From assembly GCA_023267595.1 (NCBI GenBank), contig JAHFNB010000004.1:182-64181 (forward strand): a stretch of 64,000 nucleotides of DNA. The letters run 5' to 3'. Under the pieces are notes generated by a model. That model searched no databases. It was not told where the DNA came from and saw only the letters and a program-made list of their open reading frames with translations. The translations under genes and the position numbers were made by a program. The DNA is from a bacterium (GTDB lineage: Bacteria; Patescibacteriota; Minisyncoccia; Phycocordibacterales; UBA5272). Shown one piece after another: positions 9,227-18,687 of the stretch; the first letter of the stretch is position 1, and each line of letters begins with the position of its first letter.

Positions 9227-9616
9227 TTGATGAATCAAAGTACTACATTGTCATTTGGGGAAATTTTCGATTTATATCAAAAAGGGGCCCTTACGATTGA
9301 GCGAAGAAGACCGATTTTGAGATTACGGATTGTAAATAATCACTTGTACTCTCTATCTCAAAAAGGTCTAGTCTATCGAGTCAAACATTTTTCTCGTTGG
9401 CAAAAACTTTCCTCAATTTCAGGTGCCTACCTAGTAGGAAATGAGGATCTTCGTATTAGGTTCTGTGATCACTCCGTCCGTACGATTGGTAACACTAGAA
9501 GTCAGTATTCTGTTCTTCTTGCAAAAAATATAAAGAATCCTATTTCTTATCGAGTTCCAATTCAATCAAGGTGTGATACAGAAGTTTATTATCCCCCATT
9601 GAATCCAATAGTTTAA
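9227..9616 (+). CDS. Hypothetical basic protein (ORFan)
   Basis: TTGACA/TAGTAT promoter and AAAGGAG SD upstream of a 129-aa ORF. Confidence 0.55.
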   Translation: MMNQSTTLSFGEIFDLYQKGALTIERRRPILRLRIVNNHLYSLSQKGLVYRVKHFSRWQKLSSISGAYLVGNEDLRIRFCDHSVRTIGNTRSQYSVLLAKNIKNPISYRVPIQSRCDTEVYYPPLNPIV

Positions 9617-9738
9617 GTATGTATAACACCGTCTTACATATAATGTACCTATTTATATTATAGGATATATTCATTTCAGTATTGATTGAAATGAATATAT
9701 GTAAATTCTTAATTTACATATATTATAGAAAGGCGGTT

Positions 9739-10986
9739 TTATTTTTTCCTTCTAAGGAATGGTGGAAGTGCTTCCCACTCATCATCCTCTTCATCATCAT
9801 CAAACTTAAATACCGTTTTCTTAGCAGATGACTTGTCTTTCTTTGTATCAGTTTCAGGTTTCTCTTCTACTATTTCATGGTCAATACGTTTATCATCTTT
9901 TGATTCTTGTATAGCCTCGCGAATAGTTTCTGATTTCTTGATGATGGTATCTGGTACATTTCCCATTTCGATATCATTTTTTGCTTCACTTAGCATTTGT
10001 GCAGATGGTTTTCCTACACGAGTAGAAAATCCAGTAGGGAATCCCGTAGCAATCACCGTTACCTTCACTTCATCTTTCTTAAGTGTTGGATCATTCGCAA
10101 TACCAAATATTACTTTTGCATCTTTATCAACTGATTCAGTGATTATCTTCGCGGCTTCTTGTACTTCTAACATTCCAAGATCTTCTGATCCATAAATTGC
10201 AAAGAGTACTCCTTTTGCCCCGTGAATAGAGACATCAAGAAGTGGGGAATTGATTGCAGCAGAGGCTGCTTCACGTGCACGATTCTCTCCAATACCACGC
10301 CCTACACCCATAAGTGCAGTACCAGAATCTTTGAGTGTCTTTTTAATATCGGCAAAGTCCATGTTAATAGTTCCAGGAGTTCTGATAATATCAGAAATAC
10401 CTTCTACTGCTTGTTTAAGAACTTCATCACACATTTCAAATGCTTGCTTTACAGATGTATTTTTATCAATAATAGAAAGAAGTCTATCGTTTGGAATAAC
10501 AATGAGCGCATCCACTTCTTTTTCAAGTTCTTCTAACCCACGTTCTGCTAACTTCATACGTTGTGCACCTTCAAAAAAGAATGGTTTTGTGACAACGGCA
10601 ACAGTAAGTATCCCTTCATTTTTTGCAATTGATGCAACAACAGGGGCAGCACCAGTTCCTGTTCCACCACCCATACCACCGGCTATGAAAATCATGTCCG
10701 CACCTTTTATAACATCTTGAACTTCTTCACGTGTTTCTTCCACACTACGCTTTCCAATTTCTGGATCCATTCCTGCGCCGAGACCTTTTGTAAGATTTTT
10801 CCCGATATGAATTTTTTTCTCGGCGAGAGAATGATGAAGGTCTTGTGTGTCTGTATTCATCGCAATGAATTCAACTCCTTGTAATTTTGAGTTGATCATA
10901 TGATTGAGCGCACCTTTACCAGATCCTCCGATACCAATGACTTTGATACGAGCGAAACTTTCAATTTCTGGATTTACTTTTGCCAT
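9739..10986 (-). CDS. ftsZ: Cell division protein FtsZ
   Basis: GGMGGGTGTG tubulin signature, INMDFAD, C-terminal LPPFLRRK. Confidence 0.98.
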   Translation of the reverse strand: MAKVNPEIESFARIKVIGIGGSGKGALNHMINSKLQGVEFIAMNTDTQDLHHSLAEKKIHIGKNLTKGLGAGMDPEIGKRSVEETREEVQDVIKGADMIFIAGGMGGGTGTGAAPVVASIAKNEGILTVAVVTKPFFFEGAQRMKLAERGLEELEKEVDALIVIPNDRLLSIIDKNTSVKQAFEMCDEVLKQAVEGISDIIRTPGTINMDFADIKKTLKDSGTALMGVGRGIGENRAREAASAAINSPLLDVSIHGAKGVLFAIYGSEDLGMLEVQEAAKIITESVDKDAKVIFGIANDPTLKKDEVKVTVIATGFPTGFSTRVGKPSAQMLSEAKNDIEMGNVPDTIIKKSETIREAIQESKDDKRIDHEIVEEKPETDTKKDKSSAKKTVFKFDDDEEDDEWEALPPFLRRKK

Positions 10987-11095
10987 GGGTTTAGTGTTAA
11001 TTATCTTTCTGTTGTTATACAATAACTATACCAACTTGAAAGACACTTTGCAAAGTGGTATTTCTCAGTCTTTTTTTCCAAAAAATCCTTATAAA

Positions 11096-12265
11096 TTAAG
11101 GTAAAAATTGAATAACCATCTTCTTGACACGAGTAAAAAATGATGTCAAAAGTTCTTTTAAAACATCATTTTCAGTATCGCGTGGTGCAAGAAAAGTAAG
11201 ACCATATACTCGTGCCCAACCACTATCACGTAACATATCATTTGTTAATCGAACGAGTTCATTTGATGTTATCTTAATGGGAAGTTTTAATTCTGAACGA
11301 AATATATATTCGAGACGTGGAACAATTGATGATGAACCACATACAACAATTCCTGCAGGAAGTAATTCTTTACGATGAATGCGGTCAAGTTCTTTATTTA
11401 TTTTTACACACAAGTCTTCTAATCGTGCTTCTATAATTTCTTCGATGCGGCGAGTTGCATGTGTATGTTTATTTCTCCCACATTTTATTTCTTCTGCTTC
11501 TTCAAGGGTGACCTTCAGTCCAATTGCTATGTCTTTGGTAATATCATCTCCTCCAACTGGAATTGTGGAGACAAGAAGTGGACTGTTATTTTCATATACA
11601 AGTAATGAGGTGACTCCTGCGCCGATATTGATAAGTGCTACACCTGCTACTTTTTGTTTTTTGGTAAGAAGGGGAATACTTTCTGCTATGGGGCCGGCAA
11701 CAATATCTGTCACACGTATACGTGCGGTATCTAGAACTTTCTTGAGTACATTCATACATTGAAGAGGGTAGGTAACAAATAATGTTTTTACCTCGAGTTT
11801 ATTACCTCGTACACCAATTGGATCTCCTTGAATATCATTACCATCCAATTTATATTTCATAGGAATTGTGTGAACAACTGCTTTATTGCGAATATCAGGG
11901 ACACCTCTGTTTGCATCTTTTATAGCATTATCGATATCGAGATCAGTAACTGAAGCATCTCCACGAGATACTTGTGCATGACCGTTTGCATGATGTGATG
12001 AAAGTCCAACTGCACCGAGTGAAAGTAATGTATGTAATGTTGTATGGCCAGATTCGTCTTCTAATGTATTAATAGCATCTACAAGGACACTCATTACTTC
12101 TTCGCTATCAGTAATTGTTCCACGTTCTACACCCTCGAGAGATTTTTTATAGGTTGCAATAACAACAGGGTATTTCATTCCTTCTTGGTATATCGCACCC
12201 AAAGCACGCACACTTGTGCTTCCAATATCTATACCAACTATCATGTCATGATTATTACGAGCCAC
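11096..12265 (-). CDS. ftsA: Cell division protein FtsA
   Basis: GIDIGST, NIGAGVT, GGDDITKDI actin-like motifs; directly upstream of ftsZ. Confidence 0.93.
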   Translation of the reverse strand: MARNNHDMIVGIDIGSTSVRALGAIYQEGMKYPVVIATYKKSLEGVERGTITDSEEVMSVLVDAINTLEDESGHTTLHTLLSLGAVGLSSHHANGHAQVSRGDASVTDLDIDNAIKDANRGVPDIRNKAVVHTIPMKYKLDGNDIQGDPIGVRGNKLEVKTLFVTYPLQCMNVLKKVLDTARIRVTDIVAGPIAESIPLLTKKQKVAGVALINIGAGVTSLLVYENNSPLLVSTIPVGGDDITKDIAIGLKVTLEEAEEIKCGRNKHTHATRRIEEIIEARLEDLCVKINKELDRIHRKELLPAGIVVCGSSSIVPRLEYIFRSELKLPIKITSNELVRLTNDMLRDSGWARVYGLTFLAPRDTENDVLKELLTSFFTRVKKMVIQFLP

Positions 12266-12656
12266 CTTTGTAGTATTTGTTTAAGTATGAATCCTCTAAC
12301 TTCTCCATTGTACTACCATGAGCATGTCCTTTCAAATGTAAACATCCGTGAATAATAAGTAAGTGAAGAAATCTATGGTATGACATTGCAAATTTTTTTG
12401 CATCGCGTCGTGCAGTTAAGAGTGATATGTATATTTCACCTTCATTTTTTGAAAGAGGGAACGATAAGATATTAGTTGGGTAATCTTTATCTCTATATGT
12501 TTTATTTTTTAAACGTGATTCATCTGGTGAACAAAAGACGATAGTAAGAGTGTAGTTTTTTCCAAGAAGTTTTTCTTTAATAGACAAAAATGGCACGACA
12601 GGTATCGGGCCATTTTTACGTACTATGGTGAGATTGTGTAACTCACGGAATGCCAT
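12255..12656 (-). CDS. ybeY: rRNA maturation endoribonuclease YbeY
   Basis: YRDKDYPTNILSFP and HGCLHLKGHAH. Confidence 0.92.
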   Translation of the reverse strand: MAFRELHNLTIVRKNGPIPVVPFLSIKEKLLGKNYTLTIVFCSPDESRLKNKTYRDKDYPTNILSFPLSKNEGEIYISLLTARRDAKKFAMSYHRFLHLLIIHGCLHLKGHAHGSTMEKLEDSYLNKYYKGGS

Positions 12657-12659
12657 ATA

Positions 12660-12911
12660 TTATTTTCTTCCTCCTCGTTTACGTTCAATCACTTTTCCCA
12701 TTCTCTTATCGTGTTCGTATTTTGCAAGATTTTTGAGTTTCTTCAATCGTGCTTTCTTTGTCTTGAGGTCTGAAAGAGGTCGGTCATTATAACGGATAGA
12801 ACGAACACGAGGTAAAACTCCTGATTCTTGAACTCGCTTTTGAAAACGACGGACAAGAGAAAGGGCGTTCTCGTTTGCGTTCTTCTTTACTTCTACGTTT
12901 GTATTTGACAT
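12660..12911 (-). CDS. rpsU: 30S ribosomal protein bS21 (CPR type)
   Basis: VEVKKNANEN..SLVRRFQKRVQESGVL; small and basic. Confidence 0.8.
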   Translation of the reverse strand: MSNTNVEVKKNANENALSLVRRFQKRVQESGVLPRVRSIRYNDRPLSDLKTKKARLKKLKNLAKYEHDKRMGKVIERKRGGRK

Positions 12912-13025
12912 ATGTAGGCACAATTCTAACATAGAAAATGTTAATGAGCAAGACCTTATGGGTTGGAAAATATAAAATAAAAATAAAGAGCCAGAGTGGC
13001 TCTTTAATGTGTCAGGTTGCTATAT

Positions 13026-13457
13026 TTACTGGAGTTTTACGAATTCTAAAAGTCTCCGTTCTTGGTTCCAGTATTCACTTTTGTTTGATCTGCGAAGGTG
13101 CTGTGCAACAGCATTTGAACCTTCTGTTTTGTTTAGATACACCTTCATTCTTTTGTTCACTGTGTTTCTGTCCACAATGAAAACATTATCGCTATGTGAA
13201 TAGTGTGGCCCAAGCCCCCAAGTCATATCGTGTGCATGACGTCCGTAGTGGCAGTTACAAAACAGTATTTCTTCATCTGTGACATCACATATTCTGCCAA
13301 GAAGAAGATAGTAAGCATGCACCTCCGAGTATTCCGAACCACGTCCGAAGCTGTGCCCAACTTCTCCTCGAAAGGCGATTGTAAAACGTATAACACAAAC
13401 CATACCAATGTGTTTCTTGGAAAGATCATCTGGATGTATTTTCAAAACACCCTCCAT
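13026..13457 (-). CDS. Hypothetical protein (ORFan)
   Basis: 143-aa ORF with own TTTACA/TAGTAT promoter and hairpin aaagagcca-gag-tggctcttt near 12985-13005. Confidence 0.55.
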   Translation of the reverse strand: MEGVLKIHPDDLSKKHIGMVCVIRFTIAFRGEVGHSFGRGSEYSEVHAYYLLLGRICDVTDEEILFCNCHYGRHAHDMTWGLGPHYSHSDNVFIVDRNTVNKRMKVYLNKTEGSNAVAQHLRRSNKSEYWNQERRLLEFVKLQ

Positions 13458-13505
13458 AAATTAAGGTTTAATTTATACTACTCTCAAAATTTGATTATGT
13501 AAAAT

Positions 13506-14828
13506 CTACTTTAGATGTTTTATGTAATCAGACAACGCATCTATTTTTACTGTATCTTGTGAATGTGTTTCCATGTTTCTAACTATAACTGTGTTATCCA
13601 TAGCTTCTTTTTGTCCGAAAATAATACAATAAGGAATCTCCATTTTTTCTGCTATAGCAAGTTGTGCACCGAGCGAATCTTTTGAAATCGACTGATGTAC
13701 AGGAATACGAGATTTGCGAAGTGTTTCCATAATGCACAAACTCTTTAACTTTGCTTCGAAACCAAGTTGTATAAAATATACTTTTGGTGGTTTCATAATT
13801 CGAGGCATAAGTGTCTTACATTCCGGGAACATCATAATACGTTCCATACTTAATCCTGAACCAACTGCAGGGACATCTTTTTTACTTCCCATCATGCGAG
13901 CCAAATTGTCATAACGCCCACCACCAGTGATTGTAATTTCTTTTTCTTTTCCATTTTCATCTGTGTCTACTTTGATTACTTCAAATACCGTGCGAGTGTA
14001 GTAACTTTGCCCACGTACGAGAGAATTATTCACGCGATAAGGGATACCCATTTCCTCTAAGTATTGTAGAACTTCTTTGAAGTGATGACGTGCATCATTT
14101 GAGAGGAATGAAAGTGATGATGGAGCATTTTCTTTAAATGGTTGGCATTCAGGAACTTTACAATCAAGTAATCGAAGAGGATTATTTTTGATACGTTCAT
14201 GACAGTCTTTACATAATCCATCAAGATGCTTCTTGTAGTAGTTAACGAGTTCTTTGATAAATGCAGGTCGTGTTTCTTTATCACCCATTGAATTAATATC
14301 AATAATCAAATCCTTAAATCCATATTCTTCCAAAATAGTGGTAAGTGTACGAATGACAAGTGCATCTGCTATTGATTTTGTTGTACCCAGTATTTCTAGG
14401 TTGAATTGTCGGAATTGTCGCCAACGTCCGCGCTGTGGTTTATCATGACGAAATGTTTGTCCATACGAATAGAGCATCACTGGTTGAGCGAGGTTCTGCA
14501 TACCATGTTCAAGGTAGGCACGCATAACTCCTGCGGTATATTCTGGTCGCATTGCCAAGTGATCACCACCTTTGGTGCGTAATGTATACATTTCTTTATC
14601 AATAATATCTGTTCCTTCACCAATTGCAGAAACAAACACTTCTTCATGTTCAAGAATTGGTGTTTCTAATGGTTTAAATCCGTAGTAAATAGCAACTTCT
14701 TGTGCTTTTTCAAATAGTCCTTGATGTGCGTAGTATGCACTATCAAATAAATCATCCATTCCTTTAAGTGATAGAGGAGTTTCTTTCTTATCTCCTTTTA
14801 CTATTTGTTTTTTTGCATCATCATTCAT
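13506..14828 (-). CDS. hisS: Histidine--tRNA ligase
   Basis: KEMY, RPEYTA, FRHDKPQRGRWRQF, LVRGQSYY, GGGRYD. Confidence 0.97.
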   Translation of the reverse strand: MNDDAKKQIVKGDKKETPLSLKGMDDLFDSAYYAHQGLFEKAQEVAIYYGFKPLETPILEHEEVFVSAIGEGTDIIDKEMYTLRTKGGDHLAMRPEYTAGVMRAYLEHGMQNLAQPVMLYSYGQTFRHDKPQRGRWRQFRQFNLEILGTTKSIADALVIRTLTTILEEYGFKDLIIDINSMGDKETRPAFIKELVNYYKKHLDGLCKDCHERIKNNPLRLLDCKVPECQPFKENAPSSLSFLSNDARHHFKEVLQYLEEMGIPYRVNNSLVRGQSYYTRTVFEVIKVDTDENGKEKEITITGGGRYDNLARMMGSKKDVPAVGSGLSMERIMMFPECKTLMPRIMKPPKVYFIQLGFEAKLKSLCIMETLRKSRIPVHQSISKDSLGAQLAIAEKMEIPYCIIFGQKEAMDNTVIVRNMETHSQDTVKIDALSDYIKHLK

Positions 14829-14858
14829 AGAAAGTATGGCGGTTATATTTATATCTCG

Positions 14859-15587
14859 TTACTTAGTATACACAAATCTACCTGGTTCGTAAGACATGGT
14901 AGAAAATGGATATACTCTGAATAATACTTGCCCTTTAACATTCGTCGCATCAAGCGGTCCCCAATCACGACTATCATAACTTTGTGCACGATTATCACCC
15001 ATCATAAAGTAATGGTGATCGTCTAATGTCACATCAACATTTTTTTGTAAATCTTTGTACATGACATAGGGCTCTTCAAGTACAAAGCCTGCAGGATTTT
15101 CAGTATTGTAAATAGTTGTAATACCATTAGTAACAACAACTCGCTCCGTTGGTAATCCAATAACTCGTTTTATCAAATGTTTTCCTTCATAAGGATTATT
15201 ATTATTTTCGTAGAGTTTAAAAATCATCACATCACCTCTATGTGGTGTGTGTAATCGATAGGAAAGTTTATCTACAAGCAAAAACTCTTGATTATGATAG
15301 GTTGGTAGCATTGATCCACCATCTACTATAAATGGTTGAATGAGAAATCCTTGAATGCATTTTACGAGAATGATAATACCGATAATCCACATTAGTAATG
15401 ATGATGGTTTCTCATCTTCTTCAAGTAACTTTATTTTTACAAGAAATAATCGCCATACAGGAAATATCATCGCAAGAATGAGTAGTATAATGAGGAGAAA
15501 TAAAATACTGAAGATAACAATAGAGATAGGATTTTGTGTTGCGTCAGAGAGCATTCCAAGAGTCGCATTAACAAAAGAAGAAATCAT
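14859..15587 (-). CDS. lepB: Signal peptidase I
   Basis: GGSMLPT (Ser), IKRVIGLP (Lys), GDNRAQSYDSR; start chosen 9 nt after a TATACT box (alternative 15611). Confidence 0.93.
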   Translation of the reverse strand: MISSFVNATLGMLSDATQNPISIVIFSILFLLIILLILAMIFPVWRLFLVKIKLLEEDEKPSSLLMWIIGIIILVKCIQGFLIQPFIVDGGSMLPTYHNQEFLLVDKLSYRLHTPHRGDVMIFKLYENNNNPYEGKHLIKRVIGLPTERVVVTNGITTIYNTENPAGFVLEEPYVMYKDLQKNVDVTLDDHHYFMMGDNRAQSYDSRDWGPLDATNVKGQVLFRVYPFSTMSYEPGRFVYTK

Positions 15588-15673
15588 TATCGATTCAGTA
15601 TATAGATTCATTAGTTGTTGTGCAACAACTTAAAATACTGGTCACCACTAATTGCTTACTGTACACTAGTTGC

Positions 15674-16204
15674 ATGATATATACACTTGTACCACTAGGA
15701 AATAAAGGAGAAAAATATGCACACACTCGTCACAATGCTGCACGAATAGTTCTTGATCTTATCAAAGATGATATAGAAAAAATATCTGGCGTGGAATTAT
15801 TTGTTCCAGATACATTTATGAATGAATCAGGAAGTGCAGTCGCAGAATATCTACGTTATCACGAAGGGAGAGAAATTATTGTTATCTATGATGATAAGGA
15901 TTTGGCATTTGGCACATTTAAAATTTCTCATGATAGAGGAGATGGTGGGCATAATGGACTCAAAAGCATTATCGAATCTATGGGAACAAAAGAGTTCACA
16001 CGTATTCGTATAGGTATTGCACCGCATGATGTTGATGGCACAATTGTACTTCCTCCACATGGAGAAGAAGTACAAGATTATGTACTTGGGAGTATCCGTG
16101 ATGATGAAGAACAATCATTGCGTAGTATTGCGCCAGATGTTTTAGGTGCAATTAAAAGTATTAATGAAGAGGGGTATCACAAAGCAATGGAGAGATATAA
16201 TTAA
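15674..16204 (+). CDS. pth: Peptidyl-tRNA hydrolase
   Basis: LGN..KY..TRHN, TFMNESG, GGHNGLKS, RIRIGI. Confidence 0.95.
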   Translation: MIYTLVPLGNKGEKYAHTRHNAARIVLDLIKDDIEKISGVELFVPDTFMNESGSAVAEYLRYHEGREIIVIYDDKDLAFGTFKISHDRGDGGHNGLKSIIESMGTKEFTRIRIGIAPHDVDGTIVLPPHGEEVQDYVLGSIRDDEEQSLRSIAPDVLGAIKSINEEGYHKAMERYN

Positions 16205-16244
16205 ATAGTTTAGAAGATAGATTTTTTGATGTTAAGAGAAAATG

Positions 16245-16275
16245 AAATGGCGACTGCGTAGCAGTCGCCATTTCT
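16245..16275. terminator. Intrinsic terminator between convergent pth and rpsA
   Basis: gaaatggcgactgc-gta-gcagtcgccatttc. Confidence 0.8.
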
Positions 16276-16295
16276 ATCCTCTAACTTTTAGTGTG

Positions 16296-17360
16296 TTACT
16301 TTTGTTCGTATGTAAGTGTCATTCTTTCTTCGTTTGCATCAAATAGTGTGATGGCAAACTTATAACTCTTACCAAGTGAGAGTGCATCACGTAACTTTGC
16401 TTCATCTCCAAAATCAGAAACATGAACTAGTCCTGCTACACCTTCTTCAATAGACACAAGTGCTCCATGTTTATTGAATTTGATAACAACACCATCCACG
16501 GTATCTCCTTTTTTGTATTTCTTTGCGGCTTCTTTCCAAGGATTTTCCTTGAGTGCTTTAAGTGAAAGAGAGATCTTTCCATCTTTTACTTCGATAATCT
16601 TTGCGCGAACTTTATCTCCGACACGAGCATGTGCTTTTGTATCTTCGACAAGCCCCCAATCAATTTCACTCTTGTGTACGAGTCCTTCTACACCATCTTC
16701 TAACTTGATAAAGATACCGAAATCAACAACACCTGTTACGATTCCTTCTACTTCATCACCAACCAAGTAGTTACCCATCACGATTTCTTTACTTTCTGTT
16801 GTCTTGCCACCATCTTTTTCAGAGAAGATAAGTTTTCCTTCTTTTGGAATAGCACTGATGATACTTACCGATACACGCTTTCCAATAAGTTTCTTTAATT
16901 CACGGAGGATTTTATCCTTATCACCGTCTTCGATACGAGGATAGTTTTCTTCCTTAAGTTGTGATGCAGGTAAAAATCCTGACATTCCTTGCCACTCGAT
17001 AATGAGACCTCCTTTATTTGCATCTTTAACTACTAAGTCCATAACACGCTTGTCTTTGATTGCGGCTTCTGCATCATTCCACATGAGTGCTTGGCGTGCT
17101 TCTTTGAGAGATAATTCTACATATCCATCAGTATTTTCACGAAGTACAATCTTTGCAGATATTGTATCTCCAATATTTATACGCTTGATGATATCGCGAG
17201 CATTCATAAACTCGATACCATAAATAATTCCTGTTCCTCTGTTTCCTAGGTCTACATAGAGTGCTGCTTTTTCAATAGCAACAACGACACCTTCTACGAT
17301 ATCTTCTTCTTTGAAAAATACTGCATCTTTTGCAAACTCTGCTACTTCTGTTGTTGTCAT
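16296..17360 (-). CDS. rpsA: 30S ribosomal protein bS1 (four S1 domains)
   Basis: Repeated S1 motifs GFLPASQL, EGLVHKSEI, GLVHVSD. Confidence 0.9.
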   Translation of the reverse strand: MTTTEVAEFAKDAVFFKEEDIVEGVVVAIEKAALYVDLGNRGTGIIYGIEFMNARDIIKRINIGDTISAKIVLRENTDGYVELSLKEARQALMWNDAEAAIKDKRVMDLVVKDANKGGLIIEWQGMSGFLPASQLKEENYPRIEDGDKDKILRELKKLIGKRVSVSIISAIPKEGKLIFSEKDGGKTTESKEIVMGNYLVGDEVEGIVTGVVDFGIFIKLEDGVEGLVHKSEIDWGLVEDTKAHARVGDKVRAKIIEVKDGKISLSLKALKENPWKEAAKKYKKGDTVDGVVIKFNKHGALVSIEEGVAGLVHVSDFGDEAKLRDALSLGKSYKFAITLFDANEERMTLTYEQK

Positions 17361-17482
17361 AATATTTTGGTAAAAAAATTCCCACACGAATGTGGGGTAT
17401 CCACTTCGGTCTGGGCTCCGACCTATATGATTGGCAACACATAGGTCGGGGATTACGCCAGAACGTTATCTATTAATGAGAT
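17361..17482 (-). promoter_or_regulatory. Long structured 5' leader of rpsA
   Basis: TTGCTA-17-TAGTAT promoter at 17517-17489; GC-rich hairpins in the leader. Confidence 0.55.
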
Positions 17483-17545
17483 GTGTACATACTACAAGAG
17501 AAAGTGTAATTTAGCAAATCTATAATGTATGTTAGAATATTCTGC

Positions 17546-18208
17546 ATGATAATCACTTATTTCGGTCGCGAGCATTTTAAAGTAACGGTAGGAGATTTGG
17601 TTGTGGCTATTAATCCAGTTTCAAAAGAGGGTAGTGGAAAAGTCGCAAAGTATGGTGCAGATATCACACTTGTTACTACGAATCATCCTGACTACAATGG
17701 TGTAGAACAAACAGAACATGGAGAAAAAGTACCATTTATTGTTCGTGGTGGTGGAGAGTTTGAAGTAAAGGATGTTTTTATTAAAGGATTCAATACGGTT
17801 ACGAAATTGTCAGAAGGAAAAGACCCCACTTCGCGAGGACGCTCCGCGGGGCGAGAAAAGGAATATCAAAACACGAGTTATGTTTTAACATTAGATGGTA
17901 TTCGTATTACGTTCTTGGGTGCGCTATCAGTGATGTTACAACCAGAACATAAAGAGATAATTGATGAAACAGATGTTCTATTTATACCAGTTGGTGAAGA
18001 TGGATTCTTACTTAATCCATACGATGCATATAAATTAGCAGTATCACTAGAATCAAAGTTGGTTATTCCTATGGATTATAATGAAAAATCACTTCCAATC
18101 TTTTTGAAAGAATCAGGCAAGAAGGTAGATCCTGTAGAAAAATTGACTATTAAAAGAAAAGATATAGAAGGAAAGTTGGGTGAAGTAGTTCTCTTTGTAG
18201 AAAATTAG
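17546..18208 (+). CDS. Metallo-beta-lactamase-fold protein (degenerate metal motif)
   Basis: IITYFG..F, ADITLVTTNHPDYN, GEFEVKDVFIKG, DVLFIPVG, VIPMDY. Confidence 0.75.
   Translation: MIITYFGREHFKVTVGDLVVAINPVSKEGSGKVAKYGADITLVTTNHPDYNGVEQTEHGEKVPFIVRGGGEFEVKDVFIKGFNTVTKLSEGKDPTSRGRSAGREKEYQNTSYVLTLDGIRITFLGALSVMLQPEHKEIIDETDVLFIPVGEDGFLLNPYDAYKLAVSLESKLVIPMDYNEKSLPIFLKESGKKVDPVEKLTIKRKDIEGKLGEVVLFVEN
17822..17854. repeat. In-frame GC-rich REP-like hairpin insertion (33 bp)
   Basis: gaccccacttcgcgaggacgctccgcggggcga, 25/33 GC in an AT-rich gene; adds DPTSRGRSAGR. Confidence 0.65.
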
Positions 18209-18227
18209 TATTGTATACTAATCTCTA

Positions 18228-18545
18228 ATGAAGAAATACTCTGGTTTGAAACATTACATTAGTGTTTTACGTAGACAACCACGTCATATGCAACATATGT
18301 ACGGGTTTCTTTTTGCAGGAAGTATCACTGCACTGATTGCAGGATTTATTCTTTATACCGATTATGGATTTTGGCATGAAAGATACACAAGACAAGATGA
18401 AACTCTTGTGATCAGAGATGAGGGAGAACCAGAACCACCAAGTAAAATGCTCTCACGCTTTATAGAACAAGCCAGAACTCAATTTGGCACTATTGGTAAA
18501 ACAGGGTCATCAATTTTGGAAGGAAAAGAGACATACACAAGATGA
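18228..18545 (+). CDS. Hypothetical single-pass membrane protein
   Basis: 105 aa with one hydrophobic segment; co-oriented with neighbours. Confidence 0.7.
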   Translation: MKKYSGLKHYISVLRRQPRHMQHMYGFLFAGSITALIAGFILYTDYGFWHERYTRQDETLVIRDEGEPEPPSKMLSRFIEQARTQFGTIGKTGSSILEGKETYTR

Positions 18546-18687
18546 GGTTGATGTTGGAGGCTAGAAGTTGGGGGTTTGGAATCTGAAGCACGGTGATACA
18601 GATATATTTCTCTATCTTCTAACTTCAAACATCTAGCATTTGGCTTCATTTCGTGCTATAATAAGAGGATAATTATTTCGTATTTCT

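Noticed and set aside
9700-9735. dif site
   Set aside because: Only loose resemblance to the XerD arm and no 11-6-11 layout.
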